A stretch of DNA of 54,063 nucleotides, the filler included, from Catajapyx aquilonaris (taxonomy: Eukaryota): assembly GCA_000934665.2 (NCBI GenBank). It is 2 parts of 2 records of this genome, joined end to end, with 100 filler letters (N's around TTAATTAATTAA, not from the genome) between each part and the next. Parts side by side here need not be neighbours in the genome. Positions count along the whole stretch, not along the records: positions 1 to 26,855 come from JYFJ02005141.1; positions 26,956 to 54,063 come from JYFJ02005142.1. One strand, given 5' to 3'. The notes below the pieces were generated by a model, which had not been told where the DNA came from, made no database searches, and saw only the letters and a list, made by a program, of their open reading frames with translations. Positions 25,080 through 36,261 of the stretch are shown here, in pieces (the first letter of the stretch is position 1; each line of letters begins with the position of its first letter). The translations under genes and the position numbers were made by a program.

Positions 25080-25875
25080 TTTCTTTGTTATTTTTTGTTT
25101 GTTGATTTTTAATTACATGTTTGTTAATTGTTGTTTGTGGTTTTTGTTAATAATTAATATGGGATTCCAAGTTTTTTGCTCATTTTTGTTTGTGTGTTTT
25201 TTAACTAATTTTGCTGGTAATTTTTGTTGATTAATTTTGTTTTGCTAATTGTTGCACTAGTTGGGTTGTTTGCTAATTCTGTTTGTAATTTTTGTTATTT
25301 AATTTTTGATTTTAAGTTTGCGCTCATTTTTGCGTGTGGTTTTTGTTTGCTCATTTTGTTGCAAAAAATTTATTTTTGAGAATGTTGCACTACCGGTAAT
25401 TTTTTTGTTAATTATGCTTTACTTATCTTTGATTGAAACTTTGTTTACTTATCTTTGATTGAAACTTTGTTTACTTATCTTTGATTGAAACTTTGTTTAC
25501 TTATTTTTGATTAAAACTTTGCTTATTTTTGATTGAAATTTTTGTTACTTAATTTTTGATTTTAGGTTTGTGCTAATTTTTGCGTGTGGTTTTTTTTGCT
25601 CATTTTTTGCATTTTTTTTGAGAATGTTGCACGCATTTTTTTGTTAATTAGGCTTTACTTATCTTTGATTGAAACTTTGTTTGCTTATTTTGATTGAAAT
25701 TTTTGTTAATTAATTTTTGATTTTAGGTTTGTGCTCATTTTTGCGTGTGGTTTTTGTTTGCTCATTTTTTTGCATTTTTTGAGAATGTTGCACGCATTTT
25801 TTGTTAATTAGGCTTTACTTATTTTTGATTGAAATTTTGTTTGCTTATTTTGTTGTAATTTTTGTTACTTAATTT
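25080..25875. repeat. T-rich degenerate repeat with ~26-bp and ~180-bp duplications
   Basis: CTTTGTTTACTTATCTTTGATTGAAA tandem, plus three copies of TTTTTGCGTGTGGTTTTT...GAGAATGTTGCAC. Confidence 0.8.
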
Positions 25876-26518
25876 CTACTTCCAATTATTTATTATTGAT
25901 TTAATGCCTCACTGGTGATTGAGCCAGTAAATATTAACTAGTATTTTGGCATTAAGCTACTTATTTTAACCAGTTACCAGCTATCTAAAAATAACAGTTG
26001 CAAGAAATTGTCAAACTTGCATACAAGCCTGTTTACTATATTTTTAAAATATAATAAAAGACGAATGTGCTTCTAAAGCTTGTTTTTTTTCGCTGTTAGT
26101 AATCACTGGTAGGAAAAGAAGCGTTCGTGTGAATGTCTTTTCATGCTCAGAAAGAACGCACTGGCATGTTTTCTTCTTCTTAATCATTGGTGGGTATAGA
26201 TCGGTCACTATATGAACGCAACCGAGTGGCTAATTTTATTACATGAAGAAATACAGTTTGTAATAAAAATTCCTGTAATAAAATTGGCCACTCGGTTGAG
26301 TTCGTCTAGTGACCGATCTATAGGAAACTAGATCTGCAAAAACACTCGAGCTTGATTCGAGTAGACTTTTTCTCATTCGGCAGCGGGAAATGAAGCGGAC
26401 AAACCCGATACGATACGACACGATTGCGATTTCTATAGTAATTGGACAACAATGACTGTTGATTGTCAGTCTCATTTCCAGTTGGCAAGAAACCAAATAA
26501 ACGGTAACCTGCCTGTAA

Positions 26519-26700
26519 CTTGACCTTGGAGGATAGAGTGAATCCCGGAAAACCGGAAGTGGAGGGTCACCGGAAGTTGACCTTCAAATCCCTTTAGGGT
26601 CCGCAATATCCGAATCGGAAAACCGTTTGTCTCTATATCCTGCGGTTAAGGCCCTGATACCTGTCCACAGACGGACAGAGCGGTTCTATAAGACTCTTTA
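26519..26700 (-). mobile_element. DINE-1/Helentron-associated-like element fragment (inverted copy)
   Basis: Reverse complement aligns with 19903-20190 (TTATAGAAC...TGTCCGTCTGTGGACAGGTATCAGGG...AAGGTCAACTTCCGGTGACC). Confidence 0.6.
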
Positions 26701-26855
26701 AGTCTAAAGAAGCGTTTGTGTGAATGGCATTTTATGGTTGCGTTTTTCTTCTTCTTAATCATTGGAAGAGGGAAAAATAGCATTTTTGTGAATGAATTTA
26801 TAAATCTCGGAGAGGAAGCTCTTGCTTCCCCCCCCCCCCCTCCCAACTGAATCAG

Positions 26856-26955
26856 NNNNNNNNNNNNNNNNNNNNNNNNNNNNNNNNNNNNNNNNNNNNT
26901 TAATTAATTAANNNNNNNNNNNNNNNNNNNNNNNNNNNNNNNNNNNNNNNNNNNN
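26856..26955. other. Artificial assembly spacer / contig join
   Basis: Exactly 44 N + TTAATTAATTAA (stop codons in all six frames) + 44 N = 100 bp. Confidence 0.95.
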
Positions 26956-27049
26956 CGACATAGCGAAATGAAACAACCGCTAGTATGCGGTTGGGTGGCC
27001 ATAAGCTCGTCTGACGACCTCGCCGCGAGGTAGAGAAAATTTCGGTAAG

Positions 27050-27209
27050 GGAAATTCGCGGTTTTGAGAATTTTTCAAAATAGGATTGCGGGTGCAAGGA
27101 ATCCAACGGTGTAAGTCCGAGGTCTGTACGACCTCGGGAAGTGGGAGATCTTTTCCATCCTCCTCCTCCTCCTATATCCTCCTCGGCGTGGGGCTTTATA
27201 TATATTAGA
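27050..27209 (-). mobile_element. Helitron-like element (family 2), 5' portion
   Basis: Minus strand A|TCTAATATATATAAAGCCCC...CACTTCCCGAGGTCGTACAGACCTCGGACTT; homologous to 36616-36760. Confidence 0.6.
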
Positions 27210-28639
27210 TGACTCCTTTTGATAGCTGCTATAATTGACTATTGTCTTTGGAACTGCTTAATAACGAGCAGATTAGTGCGAATAAACTGCTAACTCAAGC
27301 GAGGCAACAAATTTTATACGCACTATCGCTCTTTAAAACTGGATTTTTATTTTTTAAACTGAACCACCAACATATTGCACCGTATTTTCATTGGCATCCC
27401 TCCCACTTTTAATTGCAGGTATTTTCTTTACTAAGTGCGATGGTCCAGTTGCACACGCAAACCAATTAAGACTCTATAAACACATGTCTATTCGCGCAAT
27501 AATTCCGTTCATACAAAAAAAAAGCGCTTTGCTTGTGGCGTCGCTTTGAAATATGCCTGCCACACACGGCATAGTCCGGCAAAGCAAATATTGATATTTG
27601 CAGTACAACAATCGCACGATAAATTCAGAAATGTGATCAGCATTGTTATGACAAGGCCTGCAGGTATAGGCAAGAACCTACGAGTGAACGTAATTGGGAT
27701 TTATTTACTCCCGGTTTGAACAGATGAAGCAAAAACAGAGGATTATTTTGATTCCCTCCGAGATAATATTATTGCTTCAATGCGATCTGTTATCCAGAAA
27801 CATTAGGCAGTGTAATTAAAAGAGGCATTTTGGTTACCTACTTTTAACACTACGCTATTTATTATTATGTACTTATCCTTTACCGGTATGTAAATGGCTT
27901 TCTGACATGTTCATTTCAATTGTTGACAAGAGCAGCCTGGTCCATCCCTGGCTTAATGTCAACCAACATTGAAATTTCTTTTTATACCTAACTTGCCAGA
28001 ATTAAAAGGAGACTCGGCCTCTACTTTGGCAAGGTGCCTCTAAGTGTCAGCAGAGAAGAGATGCAATATATCCCCCCCTCCCCTCCCCAATTTTATCCCC
28101 ACAACCCTGCTTGTCACGCCAGAAAAGCCAAAAAGTTTTTGGCAAAGGCCCGCAAACACCCACACTTCAAGGCGGCCCCAAAGACTCTCTGAAAAACTTC
28201 ATTTTGAAACCAGCCAGTGCACCGATCAAGAAGAGAGAATATGCAAGCTTCTCGCCATATTATGATGAAGAAAAAAAAGGGGGGGGGGGTTCTATTATTG
28301 CACTATTCGCACCTCTGCGCCGTTTTCTATGATACGACATTTTCTCGTTTAAACTGAAAGGAAAAGAGCGTCGTTTCCGGCCTTGATTTGTTGGAAGCTT
28401 GGGCATGAACTTCGCATATCCGATAGTACCTCTACGTTTATATATAACACGCGTATTCATACAAGTTGTGCAAAGTTCAATATAAAGAAAAAAAAGGGTA
28501 TAACAAGCTCATCATATCTGTGGTGTAACACCCACTTCATGGAACTAAAAGAATGGAGAGAAAACGCTCTGACGTTTTACATCCGCGAGATTGAAGCAAA
28601 GTGCATGCGATATGACCAGTCCTATCGCAAGTACGCACA

Positions 28640-28718
28640 ATGCTCATTGTCATCCGACTCAGGACGTGTCTGTCTGTCCTTTTGCTGCTGGCCATCTCTA
28701 CCAGGCCTTTCCGTCCAG
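28640..28718 (+). CDS. Pacifastin-like peptide precursor, exon 1 (putative signal peptide)
   Basis: ACAATG start with an in-frame upstream TGA. Encodes MLIVIRLRTCLSVLLLLAISTRPFRP (basic then hydrophobic). Phase-1 donor CCAG|GTAAAT is compatible with the acceptor at 28811. Confidence 0.7.
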
Positions 28719-28811
28719 GTAAATATATATAGAATTGGCTTAGTCTGTGACTCTGTCCGCGGTAATGTGCCATCTATGTGAAAGATTTGGTACTTGGATA
28801 TATTCGTGCAG

Positions 28812-29038
28812 AACCGTGTCCTGAAGGAAGCATGTACCAGACCGGATGCAACGAGTGTACCTGCGGATTCGAACCTGAGTTGGACCGATGCACGACCGAG
28901 ACGTGTCTGCTGGAGCATCGGTACCTGCAGCCGTCCACGTCGGACAGAAGACCACTGGAAACGAAGCTTCGTTTACCCTCCGTTACTGTGAACGATCCCA
29001 GTCCAACAGCGTGGCATCCTGCTTACGACCGCAAATAG
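28812..29038 (+). CDS. Pacifastin-like peptide precursor, exon 2 (pacifastin/LCMII-type domain plus C-terminal tail)
   Basis: Acceptor TTCGTGCAG|AA. Encodes PCPEGSMYQTGCNECTCGFEPELDRCTTETC..., i.e. C-x9-C-N-x-C-x-C-x8-C-T-x3-C, the six-cysteine pacifastin pattern. TAG stop at 29036-29038. Confidence 0.8.
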
Positions 29039-29080
29039 TGACTTTAACCAGACATTTAATGGACAAGAGTGTTTATTAAA

Positions 29081-29086
29081 AATAAA
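29081..29086 (+). promoter_or_regulatory. Candidate polyadenylation signal of the pacifastin-like gene
   Basis: AATAAA about 40 bp after the stop codon, with ATTAAA variants on either side. Confidence 0.5.
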
Positions 29087-30018
29087 ATTAAAATGCGACT
29101 TCGTGTGAAACGTATAGCATTATTTTTTTTAAAAAAATGCTCGCGAATTATTGCAGCTTGCAGTACCGGTACTGAAGGCAATACGGGGCCCCGTATGATC
29201 GATGTAGGCGTACCAACCACAATTACACACTTACAAGATCACAGAGAAGTTTGTTTACTCCAGCAAATCGTACTATTTTTGCAACAATTCCATTGTTGCT
29301 ATCGTCTCTTTTAAAATGGTTGCTGGAATGAACAACCCACAATTTAATATTTTTCCTGAGGTTGGACACAGTCCACATTGTTTTTAGCAAAAAAAAAAAA
29401 TCTGCAGTAGTGTTTATAATCTGCCAACTATGCAAAAAAAAACAAAGTTGACGTCACATTGTTATAATCCGCTTAACATGTCCGACTGTATAGTGTGGCT
29501 GACTACAGTTTATTATTATTATTTTTGCGAGAGAAAATAATGCCACTGCGAATTTCATGCATAATATTAGCCACTTGTTGAGTTCAAATTTTTTTTGCGC
29601 AGTTTTCGCAACTGTTGTGAGTGATTATTTCGCCAAATCGGATCGATTACAGTGGTCCGAAAGCCCATCAATAATATTTTGCGGTCAATTTGTCAACATC
29701 AGTTGGCCCACCAATTTTTTTTTGCGATTTATTATTTCTGCTGATTTTTTTTTGCGACATGTGTTACGAATCCGTCTTTGGAGCGTCCGTCGTCTCATCA
29801 TGTCAAGAGTGATTTATTAGGGTTCGCGAGGCAGAGCTTTCAGCACGATTACGTTGTAATATTGCCGTTGTCAAGCTTTCTGCCTCTTTATTTTTCTGCG
29901 CATCGACTCTAGGTAACCGAGAGCATTTGTCTCCTGACCATCTACAGGGTGTTTCAAAAAATATCGGTTAGCAATATTTTCACTACATACTAAACAGTCA
30001 CTTTTTGGACTTTAAAAA

Positions 30019-30533
30019 AATCACACAAGGCGAAATGCCGTGCCTGGCAGGGCCACAACACAGGACAGTACTGGTGCGGTCATCAAAAGCCATACAGATA
30101 GTGATGCACTCTTGTTTTCTCCTAAATTAGTGATCGTACGGATTTTAAAAATATATACAGCATACATATTAGAAAAACGAGCATTAATTTAGCCTAATTT
30201 AGGAGAAAACAAGAATGAATCACTATCTGTATGCTGCCGTCAGATGTGAGAGGACCGTAACTCATTATCCACTTCCCTTGCGGCGAGAAAAGAAAGCAAG
30301 TGTTACCGAAAGCATCCAAGAGGTGGCGTTGGAGGAAGGTGGCAAAAAGGAACGGCACCCCAACTCCACCTGTTGGGTGCTTTTGGTACCACTGCTTTTT
30401 TTCTCGCCGCAAGGGGAAGTGGACACTGAGTTACGGTCTTCTCATATCTGAAGGCAGTATGGCTTTTGGTTACCGCACCAGTGCTGACCTTTGTTGCGGC
30501 CCTGCCAAGCACGGCACGTCGCATTGAGTGATT
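30019..30533. mobile_element. Large foldback element with long imperfect arms; left arm interrupted by a second MITE
   Basis: 30019-30094 pairs with 30458-30533, and 30234-30332 pairs with 30360-30457. A related arm fragment lies at ~16210-16325. Confidence 0.8.
30095..30229. mobile_element. Tc1/mariner-type MITE nested in the foldback
   Basis: 36-bp TIR CAGATAGTGAT(G/T)CA(C/T)TCTTGTTTTCTCCTAAATTAG, flanked by TA on both sides. Confidence 0.75.
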
Positions 30534-31442
30534 CCAATCAATTTTTTTTTGTAAAAAATCAATCAGGAGGAATTAACAATTTTGCTTACGCTTGGAAGTG
30601 AAATTGTCGCTTGAAAATTAGTGTACACTGTACAGTATAGTAGCACTCAGCTTAATTGCTCAAGTACTCTCTCTTTTTTTGTTGTCTTTTTCCTCTTTCC
30701 TCATCATGCAGCCTCATTATCCGAACCAGACTCGGGGCAATTAGGCTGATTCACTATACATTATCTGCACATAATATTAGCCAGCTATAAAGAACCGTTT
30801 GAAAAGAAGGTCCATTGTTGGCTGGTCCGCGCAATTATTTTTATTTGTTGAAAAAAAAAATTGTTACCAACATTTCTTGAATCGGGACACAGGGACTGTA
30901 GACTCTGTGCAATTTCTGTCGCGGATTTGCATGCAAATATTTAACAACTGCCTTTGTACTTTGCAACCTGATTTTGCCCCGCAGTCTTGACTGCATCCGA
31001 TAAGCTGGAATGGAAATTGCGCCAGGTATTGCGCGAGTCTTAGATATTTTTTAAAATGCCCCCCCCCCCCCTTTTAAATCTGAATTGTTGGCACACTGTT
31101 TCCCACCCTGCTTCGAGATTGAAGGAACGACGTTGCCAATTTAAATTCGCACATTATAGTTCAGAAATGTTATCGGCATCTCTGCTTTAAATCATGATTT
31201 AATTATGATAAAAATCTGCAATGTATTCGTCTGGGACCGTGTATTTTATACGACTAATTCCAGTTCAAATTAATGCGCACGTGAGCGGTGCACTTCCAAT
31301 AATTACTCCGCTTATCACTTGAGCTGGTATAATGAGCGTACTGTACATTGCACGACATGCGTTATTTTTGTATTATGACATTACTATAGATATTACTAGC
31401 CAAATCTTGGCAACATTGCCGACAAAGTTCCTTACTTCGATC

Positions 31443-31541
31443 ATAGATGGCGCAACCTCCCTCTCTGCACGTTACTGCCACTTTCAGTCGTGCGGGGGGA
31501 AATTGCACTACATGCACGTTGGTGATGATTCACTCCGGACA
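31443..31541 (+). repeat. Dispersed repeat with AGATGGCGC and CCGCGGACA-like motifs (other copies ~32591-32682, 41973-42040, 53790-53850 on +; 15420-15500, 21165-21268, 38478-38558 on -)
   Basis: Shared TAGATGGCGCA...CTCTCTGCAC...ACTACATGCACGTTGGTGATGA(G/C)TCACCGCGGACA segments. Confidence 0.7.
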
Positions 31542-33321
31542 TTTTCAGACATAATTTTGGAGTCAACAAGATTTGGAGCACATCAGTAACAAGACATGCC
31601 TCACCTGGGTTAACAGGCAGGCTTCATGTTACACTCGATCCCTGTTGACTTTGTTCTGTTCAAAATTGAAGGGCACATTAGACAAGGGGTTCGTGTTGCC
31701 GTAAACCGCGATTGACTTCGTGCTGTGTACCAGTCACCTCAGCGCAAAGTTTGACACTAATAAGGTCTCACAGGAGATGCAGTACCTGCCATCTGTCTTG
31801 TGTGCAAAAGGATTACCGCTGCCATGGGATACCACCAAGTGCGGGCTTCAAGGTCACTCTTAGGTACAGTTCCTTAGCGCTACAGTTATCGTAACTTGAG
31901 CATATCTGGGTAACGAAGCTCTGCAGATCAAACGACAACTTGTACATAAAATGATCCTGTGATGTTCACCCTCGGAGTTTGTCGGAATCATCTTGTCATA
32001 TGGTGTCGATCAGCCCCCTCTTTTAGCTAGACAGGCCTGCTTTTCATATGCGGCGAAATGACGCGAGGACAACACGGGAAATGGCAGGTTGAGCAGCCGC
32101 ATATTCACCCCTCCCACGTCAGTCTTCAAAATCCGTTCGAAAGGCAATTTGTACCCAACTCGTTTTGATGGATCGACTTCTCTTCCTTCCGGAGGAAATT
32201 TTTAGTGAGTGACGTGACTTGAACGACATCCAAATGTGTGCTGGACCGCGGCCCCTTCTCTATATACCCGGAGACTAAGAGTTGAAAAGAGTTTAGAGAC
32301 TCACTTTGCAATCCCCTAAGTGACTGAGGGTCGGAGCTACCTGAATAAAATATTATCCCCTGGTTGGTTCCTGTAAAGCAATCTGCTGGAAGAGACCATC
32401 GGATTTAAACATTTCGGCCATGGAGAAGTCTCATTTTCTGTGGCCTTTACTGGTCCGAATGGGCGACCATAGAGGTCGAGGAAGCAAGGACATAACCTGT
32501 GAAAGAATCGCCGAGTTACATCGAAGCGAACAATCATCCAAAATTCGGCAACACTGCCTGTCTTGGGCGTCCAGTACGATTTGTCGCTAACAGATGGCGC
32601 ACTCTGCCTCTCTGCACACTACTACCCTCTACGGAGGAAAGTAGTACTACATGCACGTTGGTGATGAGTCACCGCGGACAGAACCTAGCCAATTTGTAGG
32701 AAGTTGAGGCATAACCGGGGCGTAAAAATGAGTTTACAATAAAACTGTGCAAATTAGGTCGCACTGTACTGTACAGTGCAAGGTTAAACTGAATCCAATG
32801 GGTCGGATGTCATGTAGTTTACAGATTGTCATGTTAGGCCGTTAATTAGGCAATGCTGGACGATACTTATTTCGCATTTTGCTTTTAAATTATTCATGCG
32901 CTCGATCAGTTAATCTGCAGTTTATTGGAATATAAGGGGCAGGCTCAGTTGGATTAAAAGGCCAATATGTGAGTGGAAAATACTGGTTATGTGCCATGTT
33001 TACGTATGAAGCCTTATGCTAATATTAAGGTATAAAATATGAGGGGGTCTTTTTAACATTTTGCACACTGTGTTTCGACCGGAGCTGCTACAACATCCTT
33101 GCGAATTATTTTTAATGATGCACATAATTATGGTGCACTTAACCTACAAAAGTCAGTTTTCCTGCTGGAAGCTAAATCCAGGAGTTGTTTAATCATTTAA
33201 ATTCGGCCTTAAATACTTCAGTGCATTGCGGGTTGGTCCCCAATTGCAACAAAAGTAGCAGCGAACTAAATAAGTCTGTCGCAACAATGAAACGAACGGC
33301 CGGGTGTCTGTTAGGTGCCAG

Positions 33322-33481
33322 GAGCCACATACTCATCAAGGTGACTCGCAATCGACAAAGTCGATTGACGTCAAAATGACGTAGCCAATTCTCCTCCCCC
33401 TGCCCTGGTTGGCATTGGCGACGTCATTTTGACGTCACTCGACTTTGTCGATTGCGAGTCACCTTGATGAGTATGTGGCTC
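33322..33481. mobile_element. PIF/Harbinger-like palindromic MITE
   Basis: ~68-bp near-perfect arms beginning GAGCCACATACTCATCAAGGTGACTCGC; 3-bp TSD CAG. Confidence 0.8.
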
Positions 33482-33546
33482 CAGATAATTGCGGAATTAT
33501 TGTGAACCAGCGGCGTTTCTCAGGTTATGAAATACTTTTCCACATA

Positions 33547-33737
33547 CAGGGTGGTCCAAGTTCAAGTGTCGTTTTATAACGGCGATTAATAGAAGCGCTT
33601 AACGATGACGTAGCAGCGACGTGTAAAATTGCCCACTTCGATTGCGCCGAAGATGCGCCGAAGTCGCTGCTACGTCATCGCAAAATCACTGCTATTAATC
33701 GCCGTTATAAAACGACACTTGAACTTGGACTACCCTG
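33547..33737. mobile_element. Tc1/mariner-type palindromic MITE
   Basis: TIR CAGGGT(G/A)GTCCAAGTTCAAGTGTCGTTTTATAACGGCGATTAATAG; TA TSD. Confidence 0.85.
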
Positions 33738-34571
33738 TATATAGGAGTAACTAATTGATTTCGTCGTTAACTTCGCAATAATTGAAAGGGTCTTTATGAT
33801 ACTCTTGCGTAATTTTTGAAAGCAACCGCGATTAAACCAGCATATAAATCCAATTAAACTCCAAGCCCAGTTTTAATATTTCAATTGATGTGTCTTATAC
33901 GATACTGTATAGTACCTTCCTCTAATTATTAGGAGGGGGCTGCTGCAATCCGATGCCAATTTGCCTGGCACAATATTTGCATCGAGCTCCGAACTGAGAT
34001 TGGCGAATTCGACTCTGGTGAACTCTCCCAGGGAAAACGGATGCGCCTATTTATTATACCCCCCTCCCAGTTTGTTCTTGAGGAAAATACATGCAAGCGT
34101 GATGAATAAGTCAGTGTTTAATCAAATGAAGAGTTTGGAGGCTTGAGGTATGTGGGCGAGCAAGAAATTGCCAAACAATATTGGGTTTCAGAACAGCTAA
34201 TTTGAAAGTTATATGCTCTCAAACTTGGGGGGGGCTTCGGTGCATATATCGGGAGAGGAGGAGGAGGAGGAGGAGGAGGGCAAATAGTGTTGGCGTCTTC
34301 AAGTGCAAAGTTTTAGTACCCCACCTTCCATGGCTCAAGGATGTGGCAAACTAAGGTGGAAGGAAGTGCTACTTTGCCCACCTTTTTTTGCTAATTAAGA
34401 GGCTATAATCTGATAGGGGGGGGGGGAGGTGTGGTTGTGTGCTAATTTATCTCAGGCAGTGTCTCGCTCCAATTCAGGGTTTTGCAAATTTCACGCTTTT
34501 CTGATTATATTATATTAAGCAAGCTCTACTTTAACAGTTTTTCAAAAGTAACTGTCATGAACTGCTATACA

Positions 34572-35260
34572 AGTAGCAGCGGAACCCGTTCTTCGCACGG
34601 CCTGCTTCTCCATGGCAATGTAATCAACAACAATCAATCATTGATGCCATGATAACACGTTGCCATGGATCAACAGACAAACAAGCACTTTCCTTTACAG
34701 TTTACACATACAGTGTAAGATACCAAGGTGAGACGTTACCATGGACAACCAAACAAACAAACTTTCCTTTATGTAAGTTATATGTAAGTTGCCATGATAA
34801 CCAGTTGCAATGGATAAACAGACAGACGCTTTCTCTTACAGCTTACACATATGTAAGCTGGACAAACAAACAAACAAACGAACAGAAACTAACCTTCCCT
34901 TATGTATGTATGTTGCCATTATGGAAACCCATTGCCATGGATAAACAAACACATGTTTTCCCATGCACATCATTATGTAACATGCCATGGTAAGACGTTG
35001 CCATGGACAAACGAACGAACGAACGAACTTTCCCTTATATAATTATGTAAGGTTGCCATGGATAAACAGGCAAAGAAACACTTTCCCTTCCACATGTGAG
35101 ATGCCATGTAGACGCGTTGCCATGGACAAATAGACAACATCACGAGACAAAGAAACAAACTTTCCCTTATATAGACTACAGATTATATATAAGGTGCGAT
35201 AGAAGCCCGTTGCCATGGACAAACATACAAACAAAATTTCCCTTATTTATATGTGCAAGA
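34572..35260 (-). mobile_element. Helitron family 1 copy with ~10 tandem degenerate 5'-end modules
   Basis: Single 3' end (minus-strand CCGTGCGAAGAACGG hairpin + GTTCCGCTGCTAC) at 34572-34602, then repeated CCATGGA(C/T)AAAC...ACTTTCC(C/T)TTA modules matching the 5' part of 14532-14671. Confidence 0.7.
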
Positions 35261-36261
35261 TGTTTGGTTCCATGGCAATTTGAGCACATGAACAACAGGC
35301 ACAAAATGCAAATGCAAAATGAAATTCAGTAGACATTAAAATGAGGACAGGATCCTTCGTATATACATTGTATTGATTCAAGATATGCGCCTTAAGCTGC
35401 AACCTCACAATCAGCGTAATGGACGTGGATTTTGCTGCCAGAAGGAAAATCGCGAATGCTTCTGTGTTTTTGGCACACACAAAGAAACCTTTTTATAGAG
35501 CCGCTTTTTCTGAGAGAGAAGAAGAAGCCTGTTGAATAAAACCTCGTGGCACATCCTGTATGACTGCTTATTCATAGTCCGACGATTCCGACAAAATGTG
35601 CTTCAGGGAGCACTTCCAAAAAACGAAACAAAATACATAAACTGGCCATCTCAGCACTCTCTCTCTCGCGGAAACCCAGCACATGCAGAGTTTGAAAAGA
35701 AAATTCGCAAACATGGACGGATATTTTTGATGCATTTTCTTGTGTGGCCAAAAACCGGGGGGGAGGCAATTTCGCCAAATTGCACTCCCATGTCGAGAGG
35801 CAAAATGGTGCGAATATGCGATTCACATCTCTGGCGAATCCTGCGGGCCCGGGCTAGAAGCGGCCATTAATACCTCGAGGGGTCGCCACGTCATAAAAGC
35901 GGAAATTGCGCAGTCCAAATTCCGCATAATTGATACCCCCCCCCCCACCCACCCACCTTTTTATAGCCCACCATTCAGCTCAATTATTAAGCTCTGCTGA
36001 TGCGAATTTATACGCTTTCTTATATAATTATGACACCTTCGATGCAAATATGTAATTACTGGACTAATTGACTGTATGTCAGTCTGTTGTTTGTCCAGGA
36101 TGAGTCATCATCTAGCCGAGTGCGCCAAACAGTTCGCGCAGCTTGCACGGTTGGAACTATCAATGACTAGCAAGTAACAACGTTACCCGGGCGTGTTGTT
36201 TAAATATACGTAGCCTACTTCTGATACTTCCTCCATATGTATTCGATATGCTCAGTTTGAC

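Noticed and set aside
32337..32496. Candidate terminal or alternative receptor exon (TTCTTTCACAG acceptor on the minus strand)
   Set aside because: In-frame translation RLCPCFLDLYGRPF... lacks the SAINPxxY motif expected after FIN
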